From assembly GCA_046327915.1 (NCBI GenBank), contig JAXLXO010000007.1:67347-131346 (forward strand): a stretch of 64,000 nucleotides of DNA. Direction: 5' to 3'. A model generated the notes under the pieces. The model was not told where the DNA came from and searched no databases. It saw only the letters and a program-made list of their open reading frames with translations. Within the stretch, counting starts at the first letter, position 1. Each line of letters starts with the position of its first letter. The position numbers and the translations under genes were made by a program. Below are positions 43,750 through 51,963 of the stretch, one piece after another. Source of the stretch: Candidatus Binatia bacterium (GTDB taxonomy: Bacteria > Desulfobacterota > Binatia > UBA12015).

Positions 43750-46734
43750 TCAGCCGCCGCGACCTCCGAACGAGCCGCCGCCCATGGAGCGGCCGCCACC
43801 GAAGCCGCCGCCACCCATCGAGCGCCCGCCGCCGAAGCCGCCGCCCGTGCCGCCGCCGAAGCTGCCACCGCGCGAGAAGCCGCCGCCACCACCGGTGCCG
43901 CCGAAGGAGCGGCCGGCGCCCGGCGCGGATCCGGCGGAGTACGCGCGACTCATCCCCGAAGACAGCGAGCGCGACGCGGCACCGCTGCCGCCACCCGAAA
44001 GCGACGGCGTGGAGCGCCCGTACGACGGCGCGGCACTCGGTGCGCGGGTGCCGTACGACGTCGGCGCACGCATCTGGCCGTAGGGCGCGCTGCGCGCCTG
44101 CGGCGTGCCGCCGTACGTCGCGTACGAGCGGCTCCCCGACGGAGCGCCGTACGACCCGCTCCGCGTGGGATACGCGGGCGCCGCGCGCGACGCCGTCCGC
44201 GGTGCCGAGAAGTAGCTGCGCGAGCCGCGGTCCGGGGCCGGCGCTGGCGCCGAGCGCATCGACGGCGAGTACGCCGACGGGGCCGAGCCGCCACGCGACA
44301 CGGACGGGGCCGAGGGAGCGGAAGGTGCGGTGGGCGCGGACGGCATCGTGCGCGTCACGGTGCCGCCGGGGAGTGCGCGCGCATTCGTGCCACCGCCCGA
44401 ATTGCTGCCGCTCGCGTCGGACGAGCGCACCGTCGGGTTCGACGGCACGCGGCCGTAGGTCGGCGCACCACCCGGCGCGGTCACGTCGGGCATCGTCGCG
44501 GCGCGGCCGCCCGACGGATTGCCGTCGCGCGGCGAGCCGTAGGTCGTGCGCGGCGCGTACGTGCCACGTCTGGTCTCGTTCTGGCCGGTGCTCGCGCCAC
44601 CGCTGCCCGGCATCGCCCCCCCCGTGGTGCCGCCGCTGGGCGGACTCCACGCAGGTCGGCGTGCGACGTACGGCTGGTGCGCCGCACCGCCGCCCTCGCG
44701 CGGCGCGACCGGCATGGCACGGCCGCCGTCGTCCACGGTGGACGGCGGGCGTGCGACGTTCCGCGACCCGTAGGCCGGAGCTGGAGCGTCGCCGTTCCGC
44801 GCGCCGTACACCGGCGCCGTACCGCTGCCGCCGCGCGAGCCGTAGACGGGCGCGGAGCCGCCGTCCGCAGGCGTACCACCCGCGCCGCCGTTGCCGTCGG
44901 GCAGCGTGCGCGAGCCGCCGTACGTCGTGGTCTGCCGCGGGACACCCGCACGATCCTGGCCCGCACGATCGAAGCCGGTGCCCGGGTCGGTTGCCGGACC
45001 TCCGTTCGCCGTGCGCGGCACGGCGCCGTTGCCGCCGAACGGTGACGTGCGTCCGGAGGTATCGCTCGCCTCGAGGCCCGGGGCGCGGCCCGTGTCCGGT
45101 GTGGTCACCGCGGGCAGCGTCCGTCCTTGACGCCCGCCGCCGGTCGGCGTTCGCACCGTCTGAACGGCCGGTGCGCGGCCGCCCTCGCTGCCGAGCTGGC
45201 GCAGCGTCGTCGGCGTGAGCGGCGTGCCCTGCCCGCGCTGGATCTGCGGCAGCTTGCGATCGAAGCTCGGCTGACCAACCGTGGTCGGCGTGCGTGCGGC
45301 CATCACGCTGCGCCCCTCGACGCCCGCTGGCGGCTGCACGACGCGTCCGCCGAAGCCGCGCGACGGATTCGTCGCGGGCAGGCTGTCGCGCGTCGGCGTG
45401 ACCGGCACGCGTCCACCGAGCGCGTGGAAGCTGTCCTGACGCTGCGTGCCGACCGGCACGGGGCGACCGCGGCCGTTCTGGAAGTCGCCGATCGGCATGC
45501 TCGAGAAGCCGCCCGGGTGACGCAGGTTGCCGTAGTTGTAGTTGTTGATCGTGATGTTGGTGACGTTCTTCTGGTAGAAGCGCGGGCCGCCCCAGCCGCC
45601 CCACCACGGGTTGCCGACGGCGACGCCGCCCCAGCCACCCCACCACGGGAAGCAGGGCTCGCCCCAGCCGAGCGGCGTCCAGCCGATCGCGCCGAAGCCG
45701 ACCGAGACCGAAACGCCGCCCCAGCCGCCGCCGTACCAACCGACGAGCGCGGGCGCGTAGATCGGCGCCGGAACGATCGGACCCGGCGCCCAGCCCCACC
45801 AGCCGCTGGTGTACACCCAGCGGCCGTAGTGGAACGGCGCCCAGCCCCAGGGCGAGTAGTCGAGCCACGTCCAGCCCCACGGGTCGACCCAGACCCAGCG
45901 GCCGTCGGTGTACGGCGCCCAGCCGGACGCGACGCGCGGCCGCCACACGGCGCCGTAGTCGCCGGTGTTCTCCCAGTCGCCGTAGTCGTCGAGATCCTCG
46001 ACGCCGTAGATGCCGTCGCTGACGTACTGCGTGCTGACCGCGTTCTCGATGCGGCCCGCGCGCTGCGACTCCCACTCGTCCCAGCCGTCGGCACCCGACG
46101 CGGCGTAGATGCGCGGACGTGCCGCGTCACCGATGCCGTCGATCGCGACGCCGCGGCCGTCGCCGATCTGGTACTCGTCGCCGGCGACGTAGGCCGTCAC
46201 CTCGCCGCCGCGCACCTGCACGTTGGTGTCGCCGTTGCGCTCGACGTTGACCCGGTAGGCGCCCGCCTCGCGCACGACGAACGCGCCGCCCGGAGTGTCG
46301 ATCTCGACGTGGCGTCCGTCGGGATTGCGGCGCACGCGGAACGTCGCGAGGCCGAGCGTCATGCGGACCTGCGTCACTTCAGGACCGAGCTCGAGCATGC
46401 TGACCTCGGTCTCGCTCGACAGGCGCGCGTACGTGACGGGGTCGAGCTGGATCTCGGCACGGCTGTCGGCGGCGGTATAGAGCCGGTCGCCGGTGACCAG
46501 GGGCGCGTTGACCGCGACCCCGGTCCAGTCTTCGGCATCTCCGCGCAGGTACGAGGCGTCGCCCTCGATCAGGCTGACGCGGGCCACTCCGGGCTCCTCG
46601 TCCGCCGCGCCGGCGCGCGCGGACCGGACGCTTCCGGCCAATGCGGCGCACGCGGCGACGGCGCAAAGCACGACGGACAGCCCGCGGCGCCACGTGCGCT
46701 GCGGGCTCGACATCCCAGACTCGCGGGATCGCAT
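43750..46734 (-). CDS. Exported FecR-domain protein with a Trp-rich (WGW) repeat region and a roughly 550-aa Gly/Ser/Pro/Arg/Tyr low-complexity C-terminal tail.
   Basis: Signal peptide LSVVLCAVAACAALAGSVRSARA. FecR-like domain (VSLIEGDASYLRG...VTGDRLYTAADSRAEIQL). W-rich block DPWGWTWLDYSPWGWAPFHYGRWVYTSGWWGWAPG...PWWGGWGG. The tail is dominated by G/S/P/R/T/Y with YG, RGG and FGGG repeats ending GGFGGGRSMGGGGFGGGRSMGGGSFGGRGG. Confidence 0.7.
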   Translation of the reverse strand: MRSRESGMSSPQRTWRRGLSVVLCAVAACAALAGSVRSARAGAADEEPGVARVSLIEGDASYLRGDAEDWTGVAVNAPLVTGDRLYTAADSRAEIQLDPVTYARLSSETEVSMLELGPEVTQVRMTLGLATFRVRRNPDGRHVEIDTPGGAFVVREAGAYRVNVERNGDTNVQVRGGEVTAYVAGDEYQIGDGRGVAIDGIGDAARPRIYAASGADGWDEWESQRAGRIENAVSTQYVSDGIYGVEDLDDYGDWENTGDYGAVWRPRVASGWAPYTDGRWVWVDPWGWTWLDYSPWGWAPFHYGRWVYTSGWWGWAPGPIVPAPIYAPALVGWYGGGWGGVSVSVGFGAIGWTPLGWGEPCFPWWGGWGGVAVGNPWWGGWGGPRFYQKNVTNITINNYNYGNLRHPGGFSSMPIGDFQNGRGRPVPVGTQRQDSFHALGGRVPVTPTRDSLPATNPSRGFGGRVVQPPAGVEGRSVMAARTPTTVGQPSFDRKLPQIQRGQGTPLTPTTLRQLGSEGGRAPAVQTVRTPTGGGRQGRTLPAVTTPDTGRAPGLEASDTSGRTSPFGGNGAVPRTANGGPATDPGTGFDRAGQDRAGVPRQTTTYGGSRTLPDGNGGAGGTPADGGSAPVYGSRGGSGTAPVYGARNGDAPAPAYGSRNVARPPSTVDDGGRAMPVAPREGGGAAHQPYVARRPAWSPPSGGTTGGAMPGSGGASTGQNETRRGTYAPRTTYGSPRDGNPSGGRAATMPDVTAPGGAPTYGRVPSNPTVRSSDASGSNSGGGTNARALPGGTVTRTMPSAPTAPSAPSAPSVSRGGSAPSAYSPSMRSAPAPAPDRGSRSYFSAPRTASRAAPAYPTRSGSYGAPSGSRSYATYGGTPQARSAPYGQMRAPTSYGTRAPSAAPSYGRSTPSLSGGGSGAASRSLSSGMSRAYSAGSAPGAGRSFGGTGGGGGFSRGGSFGGGTGGGFGGGRSMGGGGFGGGRSMGGGSFGGRGG
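43760..43900 (-). repeat. Imperfect in-frame tandem DNA repeats (units about 24-27 nt, GCC/GCCGCC-rich) that encode the terminal GGFGGGRSMGGG repeats of the FecR-like protein.
   Basis: Plus strand shows gagcgcccgccgccgaagccgccgcc / cgtgccgccgccgaagctgccacc / gcgcgagaagccgccgccaccacc in series. Confidence 0.5.
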
Positions 46735-46882
46735 GATCGTTCTCTTTCTCGTCCGCCGGCGCGGGCGGTCATTGCCCGGATCGCGGCGGATACCCCTTCA
46801 ACACGCGGTTGCGCGAAAGGATGCACTGATTCTGCGCCTTCCGTCCGGACCGCGCGAGATGCTTCCGCACGCTGGCCCGGTG

Positions 46883-47935
46883 TCACGACAGCGGCTGGAG
46901 CCAGCTGATCGTGCCGGGGTGGCGGAGCTCGCCGGCCACGCGCTCGCCGCGGTCGTCGGCGCCGCAGAAGAGGTCGAGGCGTCCCGGGCCGGTGATCGCC
47001 GTGCCGGTGTCCATGGCGATCACGAGGGAGTCGAACGTGCCGCCGTCGGGAAGGGGCACGACGAGCCGTCCGATCGAGCCCAGGGGAACCACCTTCGGGT
47101 CCACCGCCACCGAGCGCCACGGCACCAGCGGCACGCCGAGAGCGCCCGGCGGACCGTCGTCGCCGCCGCCCGGACGGGCCGAGAAGAACACGTAGCGCGG
47201 ATTGGTCCGCATCAGCTCCGGGGCTTCCGACGGATTCGCGCGCAGCCACGCCTTGATCACCGGAGCGGTGACCTCGTCGCGCCGGTAGACGCCGCGCTCG
47301 ACCAGGACCGACCCGATCGCGCGGTACGTGCGGCCGTTGTTGCCGGCGTAGCTCACGCGCACGACGCTGCCGTCGTCGAGGCGCAGCCGACCGGAGCCCT
47401 GCACCTGCAGGAAGAACAGCTCGACCGGGTCGTCGGTCCAGAACAGCTCGAGGCCGCGGCCCGCAAGCGCACCGTCGTCGATCTCGGCGCGCGTCGGCAG
47501 CGGACCACCGGTCGCAGGCGGCATGCGGTAGAGCGGGAAGCGGAAGGTCGCGTCCGGCTTGCGGCGCGCCGTGAGCGTCGGCTCGTGATAGCCGGTGACG
47601 AAGACCTCGCGCACCGGGCCGGCGCGAAAGCTCTTCGCGAGCGCGTCCTGCAGCGGCGGCGTCGACGGTGAGCGCAGCGCTGCCGCCAGAAGTTCGAGGC
47701 CACGCGCCGTGCGGATCGTCTCCGCGGTCGCGTCCGACCGGGCCGCGCGCTTCGCCAGCACCGCTCGCGACGCGTCGGCCGCGCGCGCGAGCGCCGCGCG
47801 CGACGCCGCATCGTCCGCAGCGACGGCCCCGGGCGACGCGGCATCCGCGTCCGTCGCGGACGCGCCGCGGCGCGCGGGCAGCGCGGCGTCCGGCGCCGCG
47901 GCACAGCCCGCGGCGAGCAGCGCCGCGAGCACCAC
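46883..47935 (-). CDS. mltA: Membrane-bound lytic murein transglycosylase A (MltA family).
   Basis: MltA-type 3D/barwin blocks (YHEPTLTARRKPD, YAGNNGRTYRAIGSVLV, FCGADDRG...). The start is uncertain: GTG at 47935 or upstream CTG/ATT giving a lipobox LAAGC. Confidence 0.8.
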   Translation of the reverse strand: MVLAALLAAGCAAAPDAALPARRGASATDADAASPGAVAADDAASRAALARAADASRAVLAKRAARSDATAETIRTARGLELLAAALRSPSTPPLQDALAKSFRAGPVREVFVTGYHEPTLTARRKPDATFRFPLYRMPPATGGPLPTRAEIDDGALAGRGLELFWTDDPVELFFLQVQGSGRLRLDDGSVVRVSYAGNNGRTYRAIGSVLVERGVYRRDEVTAPVIKAWLRANPSEAPELMRTNPRYVFFSARPGGGDDGPPGALGVPLVPWRSVAVDPKVVPLGSIGRLVVPLPDGGTFDSLVIAMDTGTAITGPGRLDLFCGADDRGERVAGELRHPGTISWLQPLS

Positions 47936-47948
47936 CCGGCGAGCGGCG

Positions 47949-49121
47949 TCAATCAGCGGCGAGCACCCGCTCGACGGCTCCGAGCGCCGCGCCGCCGGAC
48001 GACGAGCCCAGCGTCTCCGCCAGTGCCGCCAGTACCAGCAGGACGTTCGCCGGCGTCGACGAGTCGCCCATGAGCCCGATGCGCCAGACCTTGCCCTTCC
48101 ACGGCCCGAGGCCGGCGCCGATCTCGATGCCGTGCCGGTCCAGCAGGCGCTTGCGGACACCCGCCTCGTCGACGCCGTCGGGCACCAGCACGCTGTTCAG
48201 CATCGGCAGCCGGTGTTCGGGTGCGACCGGCATCGCGAGGCCGAGCGCCTCGATCCCCGCGACCAGCGCGCGGTGGTGCTTGACGTGGCGCGCGAAGCGG
48301 GCCTCGAGGCCCTCCTCGTGCACGATGCGCAGCGCCTCGTACAGCGCGTACACCATCGTGATCGGCGCGGTGTGGTGGTAGACGCGGTCGGTGCCCCAGT
48401 ACTGCTCGAGCAGGCTGACGTCGAGATACCAGCTCTGAACCTTGTGCTTGCGGGAGCGGACGCGCTCGAGCGCCCGCTCGCCGAAGGTCACCGGCGACAG
48501 CCCCGGCGGACACGACAGGCACTTCTGCGTGCCGCTGTACGAGGCGTCGATGCCCCAGGCGTCGACCTCGAGCGGGGTTCCGCCGAGCGACGTCACCGTG
48601 TCGACGACGAAGAGCGCGCCGCGCTCGTGCGCGATGCGCGACAGCTCCTCGAGCGGCTGCCGCGCCCCCGTGGACGTCTCGGCGTGGACGCACGCGACCA
48701 GCCGCAGCGGTGCGTTCGCAGGCAGCGCCGCGAGCATGTCGCGCAGCACGTCGGCGTCGATCACCTGCCCCCACGGCACCTCGACGGTCGTCACCTCGGC
48801 GCCGGCGCGCTTCGCGATCTCGACCATGCGGCCGCCGAACACGCCGTTCACGCAGATCACCGCGTGGTCGCCGGGCTCGAGCAGGTTCACCAGCACCGCT
48901 TCCATGCCCGCGCTGCCGGTCGCCGACAGCGGGAACGTCAGCCGGTTCGCGGTGCGGAAGGTCTGCCGAAGCAGCTCCTTCACCTCCTCCATCAGCGCGA
49001 CGAAGGACGGATCGAGGTGGCCGACCAGCGGCGTCGACATCGCGCGCAGGACGCGCGGTCCTACCTCGCTCGGTCCGGGGCCGAGCAGGATCCGGCGCGG
49101 CACGTTCAGCTCGTGGGGCAT
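47949..49121 (-). CDS. Class V aminotransferase (serine--pyruvate / alanine--glyoxylate aminotransferase-like).
   Basis: AGXT-family layout, with PLP-lysine context [12 protein letters not shown] and an N-terminal [10 protein letters not shown] block. 390 aa. Confidence 0.88.
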   Translation of the reverse strand: MPHELNVPRRILLGPGPSEVGPRVLRAMSTPLVGHLDPSFVALMEEVKELLRQTFRTANRLTFPLSATGSAGMEAVLVNLLEPGDHAVICVNGVFGGRMVEIAKRAGAEVTTVEVPWGQVIDADVLRDMLAALPANAPLRLVACVHAETSTGARQPLEELSRIAHERGALFVVDTVTSLGGTPLEVDAWGIDASYSGTQKCLSCPPGLSPVTFGERALERVRSRKHKVQSWYLDVSLLEQYWGTDRVYHHTAPITMVYALYEALRIVHEEGLEARFARHVKHHRALVAGIEALGLAMPVAPEHRLPMLNSVLVPDGVDEAGVRKRLLDRHGIEIGAGLGPWKGKVWRIGLMGDSSTPANVLLVLAALAETLGSSSGGAALGAVERVLAAD

Positions 49122-49195
49122 GCGTCCTCCCGAAGCCGGTCGTGCGGAAGCGCGCGGCCGGACGATTCACGGCGCGCAGCGTAAGGGAAAAGGCG

Positions 49196-50755
49196 CTAGC
49201 CGAGAAGGGGCCGCTTGAGCGACAGCCACATCCACGAAGCGATGCGCTTCAGGATGGTGTCGGCGGCGAAGCGCTCGACGTCGACCGTGGTCTGCACGTT
49301 GGGCCACGTGCCGGAGACCGAGAACGGAACCGAGATCTCGCCGTCGTCGTTCACCAGAGCGCCCGCGAGAGGGGCCATCGCGACGAGGTCGCGCGACAGG
49401 TCCGACGACACCTCGAGGCGTCCCGTGAACGCGACCTTGCCGTTCATGTCCAGCGAGCCGCGGCCCGCGACCTCGTAGCCGTTGCCGGCGAGACGCAGGT
49501 CGCTCGCGTTGATCTGCGAGTCGGCGATCGTCACGGGGCTCGCGATCTGGTCGAACGACGTGTTCTTCGCGGTGAAGAGCGCGCCCAGGCGCGACGGCGC
49601 CTCCTGCTCGCCCAGCACCGGCTGCACCACGTCGGCGATGAAGTTGTGGCCGGTGATCGCGCCCGACACGACGGTCATCTCGCCGCCGCCGGACACGCGA
49701 TTGGTGATGTCGTTCCAGGTCTCGCCCTTCGTCGCGAGCCGGCCCTCGAACGTGAGCCCGCCGCCGACGACGCTCCCGACCTGCGGGAAGGCCCGCAGCG
49801 GAACCGCGTTCAGAGCGACGCGGTCGAGCTTGTAGCTCGGCGTCTCGCCCTTGCCCCACGGCCCGACGTCGCCCTGGAAGACGACGTTGTGCTTCGTCGA
49901 CTCGAAGCCGGCCTTCGCGTCGAGGTGCACCGGCGTGCCCTCGCCGAAGCCGTGCAGCTCCGCGTCGACCGACGCCATGCGGATCTCGCGCGGCTGTCCG
50001 CTCGCGCGGTCGATCACGCGGATCGTGCCGCCGGCGATCTCGACGTGGTGCACCGCGCGCTTGCTCGCGATCGCGAAGATGTCCTCCGCGCCAACCGAGT
50101 GCGGCAGCAGCGCGTCGACGTTCACGCGGCCCGACGGGTCGCGCACGATGTTGATCACCGGCTGGTCGAGCTTCAGGCTGCCGCTCAGCTCGCCGTGCGC
50201 GAGGGCCCCCATGTCGACGCTGAAGCTCGCGTTCGACGCGGTGAGCATCGGCTCGCCGCCGTCCGGGTCCTTGACGGTGAGTCCGGAGAGGTCGACCGCA
50301 GGGCCGCCACGCAGGCTGAGCGAAACGTTCTCGATCTTCGCACGGTCGCCGAAGGCCGACTGCAGGCGCGCGACCGCGGCCGACTCGAGACGGTCGCCGA
50401 GCGCGCGTCCGCCGAGCAGAGCCGACAGCAGGCCCGCGGAAACGAGCGCGACGCTCGCCGCGATCTTCCACATGCGGCTCGGTGCGGCGTCCGTGCGGAC
50501 GACGCCACCGCGGCGCGCGAGCACCAGCTCCTGCGCGCAGTTCGGACAGAACGCGACGTGACGCTCGAAGACCTCTTCCTCCGATCCGGAGAGGCCGCCC
50601 TCGAGGTAGGTCGCCAGGGTGTACTCGGAAGGATGGACGGTCGCAGCGGCAGCGTCCGCGACCTGCTGGTCGGGAGTGCCATTGAGCATGAGATCGCGCA
50701 TGGCCTCCTGGACCATCGCGCGAACTCTCTGCTCTTCCTGATCGACCTTCAGCAT
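49196..50755 (-). CDS. Anti-sigma factor (zf-HC2) fused through one TM helix to a periplasmic AsmA-like domain.
   Basis: HVAFCPNCAQEL (HxxxCxxC), TM helix IAASVALVSAGLLSALLGG, then a roughly 400-aa beta-rich domain with AsmA-like character. The start is 2 nt after the sigma factor stop. Confidence 0.75.
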   Translation of the reverse strand: MLKVDQEEQRVRAMVQEAMRDLMLNGTPDQQVADAAAATVHPSEYTLATYLEGGLSGSEEEVFERHVAFCPNCAQELVLARRGGVVRTDAAPSRMWKIAASVALVSAGLLSALLGGRALGDRLESAAVARLQSAFGDRAKIENVSLSLRGGPAVDLSGLTVKDPDGGEPMLTASNASFSVDMGALAHGELSGSLKLDQPVINIVRDPSGRVNVDALLPHSVGAEDIFAIASKRAVHHVEIAGGTIRVIDRASGQPREIRMASVDAELHGFGEGTPVHLDAKAGFESTKHNVVFQGDVGPWGKGETPSYKLDRVALNAVPLRAFPQVGSVVGGGLTFEGRLATKGETWNDITNRVSGGGEMTVVSGAITGHNFIADVVQPVLGEQEAPSRLGALFTAKNTSFDQIASPVTIADSQINASDLRLAGNGYEVAGRGSLDMNGKVAFTGRLEVSSDLSRDLVAMAPLAGALVNDDGEISVPFSVSGTWPNVQTTVDVERFAADTILKRIASWMWLSLKRPLLG

Positions 50756-50757
50756 CT

Positions 50758-51432
50758 TCAGAATCTGCCTTCGAACTTCTCCGAGGCGAGCCTTCTCAGC
50801 TTCTCGTGCAGCCGCATCTTGCGGACGTACGCCGCATTCGTGGTGATCCCGATCGTGTTGGCGACCTCTTCGATCGGCAATCCCTGAAAATAGAATAGCT
50901 GGACGAACAGCTGATCTTTCGGCGCCAGCTGCGCGATCAGATCGCGCACCCTGGACGCACGTTGGGCCTCCTCTACCAGCGGCTCGGGTCCCGGCCTCGT
51001 GTCCGGATGGGTCTCCCGAACCCGCCAACTCTCACTGTTGTTCGGATCGTCGAGAGAAACCGTCCGACCCTCCCGCCGCAGCCGGTCGATCGTCAACCGG
51101 TTGGCCACCACCCTGAGCCAGCTCGCCAAGGAGCAGCCGTTCCGCCCCTGGTACTGGCGGAGCTTGCGTGCGTCCTGATCGAACAGGGCCAGGAAGACGT
51201 CCTGGCAGATGTCCTCGATTTCCTCTCGTCTTGATGGACGGCCGAACTGCTGAAAAATTACAGAGACGCCGTACGAGACGATGCCGGAATATTCGGCGAC
51301 GAGCCGGCGGCGCGCGTCCACGTCACCGCGGATGCAGCCCTGCAGCAGCTCTGTGGTCGCGTCGGCGCCTTCCGAGCCGGGCGAAGGCGGCAGAATCGCG
51401 ACCCGATCGGCACCGGACGGGTAACCGCTCAT
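50758..51432 (-). CDS. ECF (group IV) sigma-70 family RNA polymerase sigma factor.
   Basis: Region 2 (AEYSGIVSYGVSVIFQQF...EDICQDVFLALF) and region 4 HTH (LPIEEVANTIGITTNAAYVRKMRLHEKLR). The ATG is at 51432. The longer upstream ORF is low-complexity and rejected. Confidence 0.85.
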   Translation of the reverse strand: MSGYPSGADRVAILPPSPGSEGADATTELLQGCIRGDVDARRRLVAEYSGIVSYGVSVIFQQFGRPSRREEIEDICQDVFLALFDQDARKLRQYQGRNGCSLASWLRVVANRLTIDRLRREGRTVSLDDPNNSESWRVRETHPDTRPGPEPLVEEAQRASRVRDLIAQLAPKDQLFVQLFYFQGLPIEEVANTIGITTNAAYVRKMRLHEKLRRLASEKFEGRF

Positions 51433-51528
51433 GGCCGGTAACGCCTTGTACGGGCCGGTATCGGAAACAGCAAGGGAATCTCCCGGTCGTGACAGCAAGG
51501 ACGGAGCGCCGCGTCTCTTTCTGTCGAC

Positions 51529-51825
51529 GTGGGTGCGACTGCCGTTTTCATCATCTGCTCGTCCGTGGCCGCCGTGGTCGGTGGGGTGGTCTGGTCGATT
51601 GCCTGGCGGGTCGGCTTCGGGGAGGGCCGTCTGACCATTCCCCTGCGACTCGTCCACGCCCTCGCCGAGCACGAAGTGACGTGCCGCGGCCGGAATCCCG
51701 ACCAGGTCGTCCGCGAATTGATCCGCGTCCTCGCGCTGCCGGAGCGTGAAAGCCGTCGGCTCATCGCGAGCAAGCTCCGTTCCGCCGCCTCTTCGCCCGC
51801 GCCGACCACGCTGCGCTCGGCCTGA
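51529..51825 (+). CDS. Candidate small protein (98 aa) in the 530-nt gap: N-terminal TM helix plus an RHH/CopG-like helix.
   Basis: GC3 is about 85%, like neighbouring genes. The sequence ...RLTIPLRLVHALAEHEVTCRGRNPDQVVRELIRVLALPE reads as a beta-strand plus helix. There is no RBS evidence and the start is unclear (GTG). Confidence 0.3.
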   Translation: MGATAVFIICSSVAAVVGGVVWSIAWRVGFGEGRLTIPLRLVHALAEHEVTCRGRNPDQVVRELIRVLALPERESRRLIASKLRSAASSPAPTTLRSA

Positions 51826-51963
51826 GGCCCGTCCTCGCGAAACCCGACGCGCCGTTACGGGGCCCGGAACGGCTCCGTTCGTCAACGCGGCGCGACAGGT
51901 GTCGCCCCCGGGCGACGCGCCGGCCCTGCGCCGCGCGGGAAATCCCCCGCCGCAGAGGCTCGT

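Noticed and set aside
43760-43900. Possible CRISPR-like or minisatellite array.
   Set aside because: The repeats are short, imperfect, inside an open reading frame with a protein-level repeat, and lack spacer structure. They are a coding tandem repeat, not CRISPR.
47936-47956. Upstream CTG/ATT start for mltA giving a lipoprotein signal [18 protein letters not shown].
   Set aside because: CTG and ATT starts are rare and it would overlap the aminotransferase stop. It is kept as an alternative because the GTG-start version lacks a positively charged n-region, so MltA lipidation status is unresolved.
50758-51885. 375-aa version of the ECF sigma ORF, and the overlapping 126-aa minus-strand ORF at 51429-51809.
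   Set aside because: The extra N-terminal 150 aa are low-complexity (RGRASGRAQRGRRGRRGGG...) and unlike any sigma factor. The start at 51432 gives a standard 224-aa ECF sigma. The 126-aa ORF is Ser/Arg/Thr-rich nonsense.
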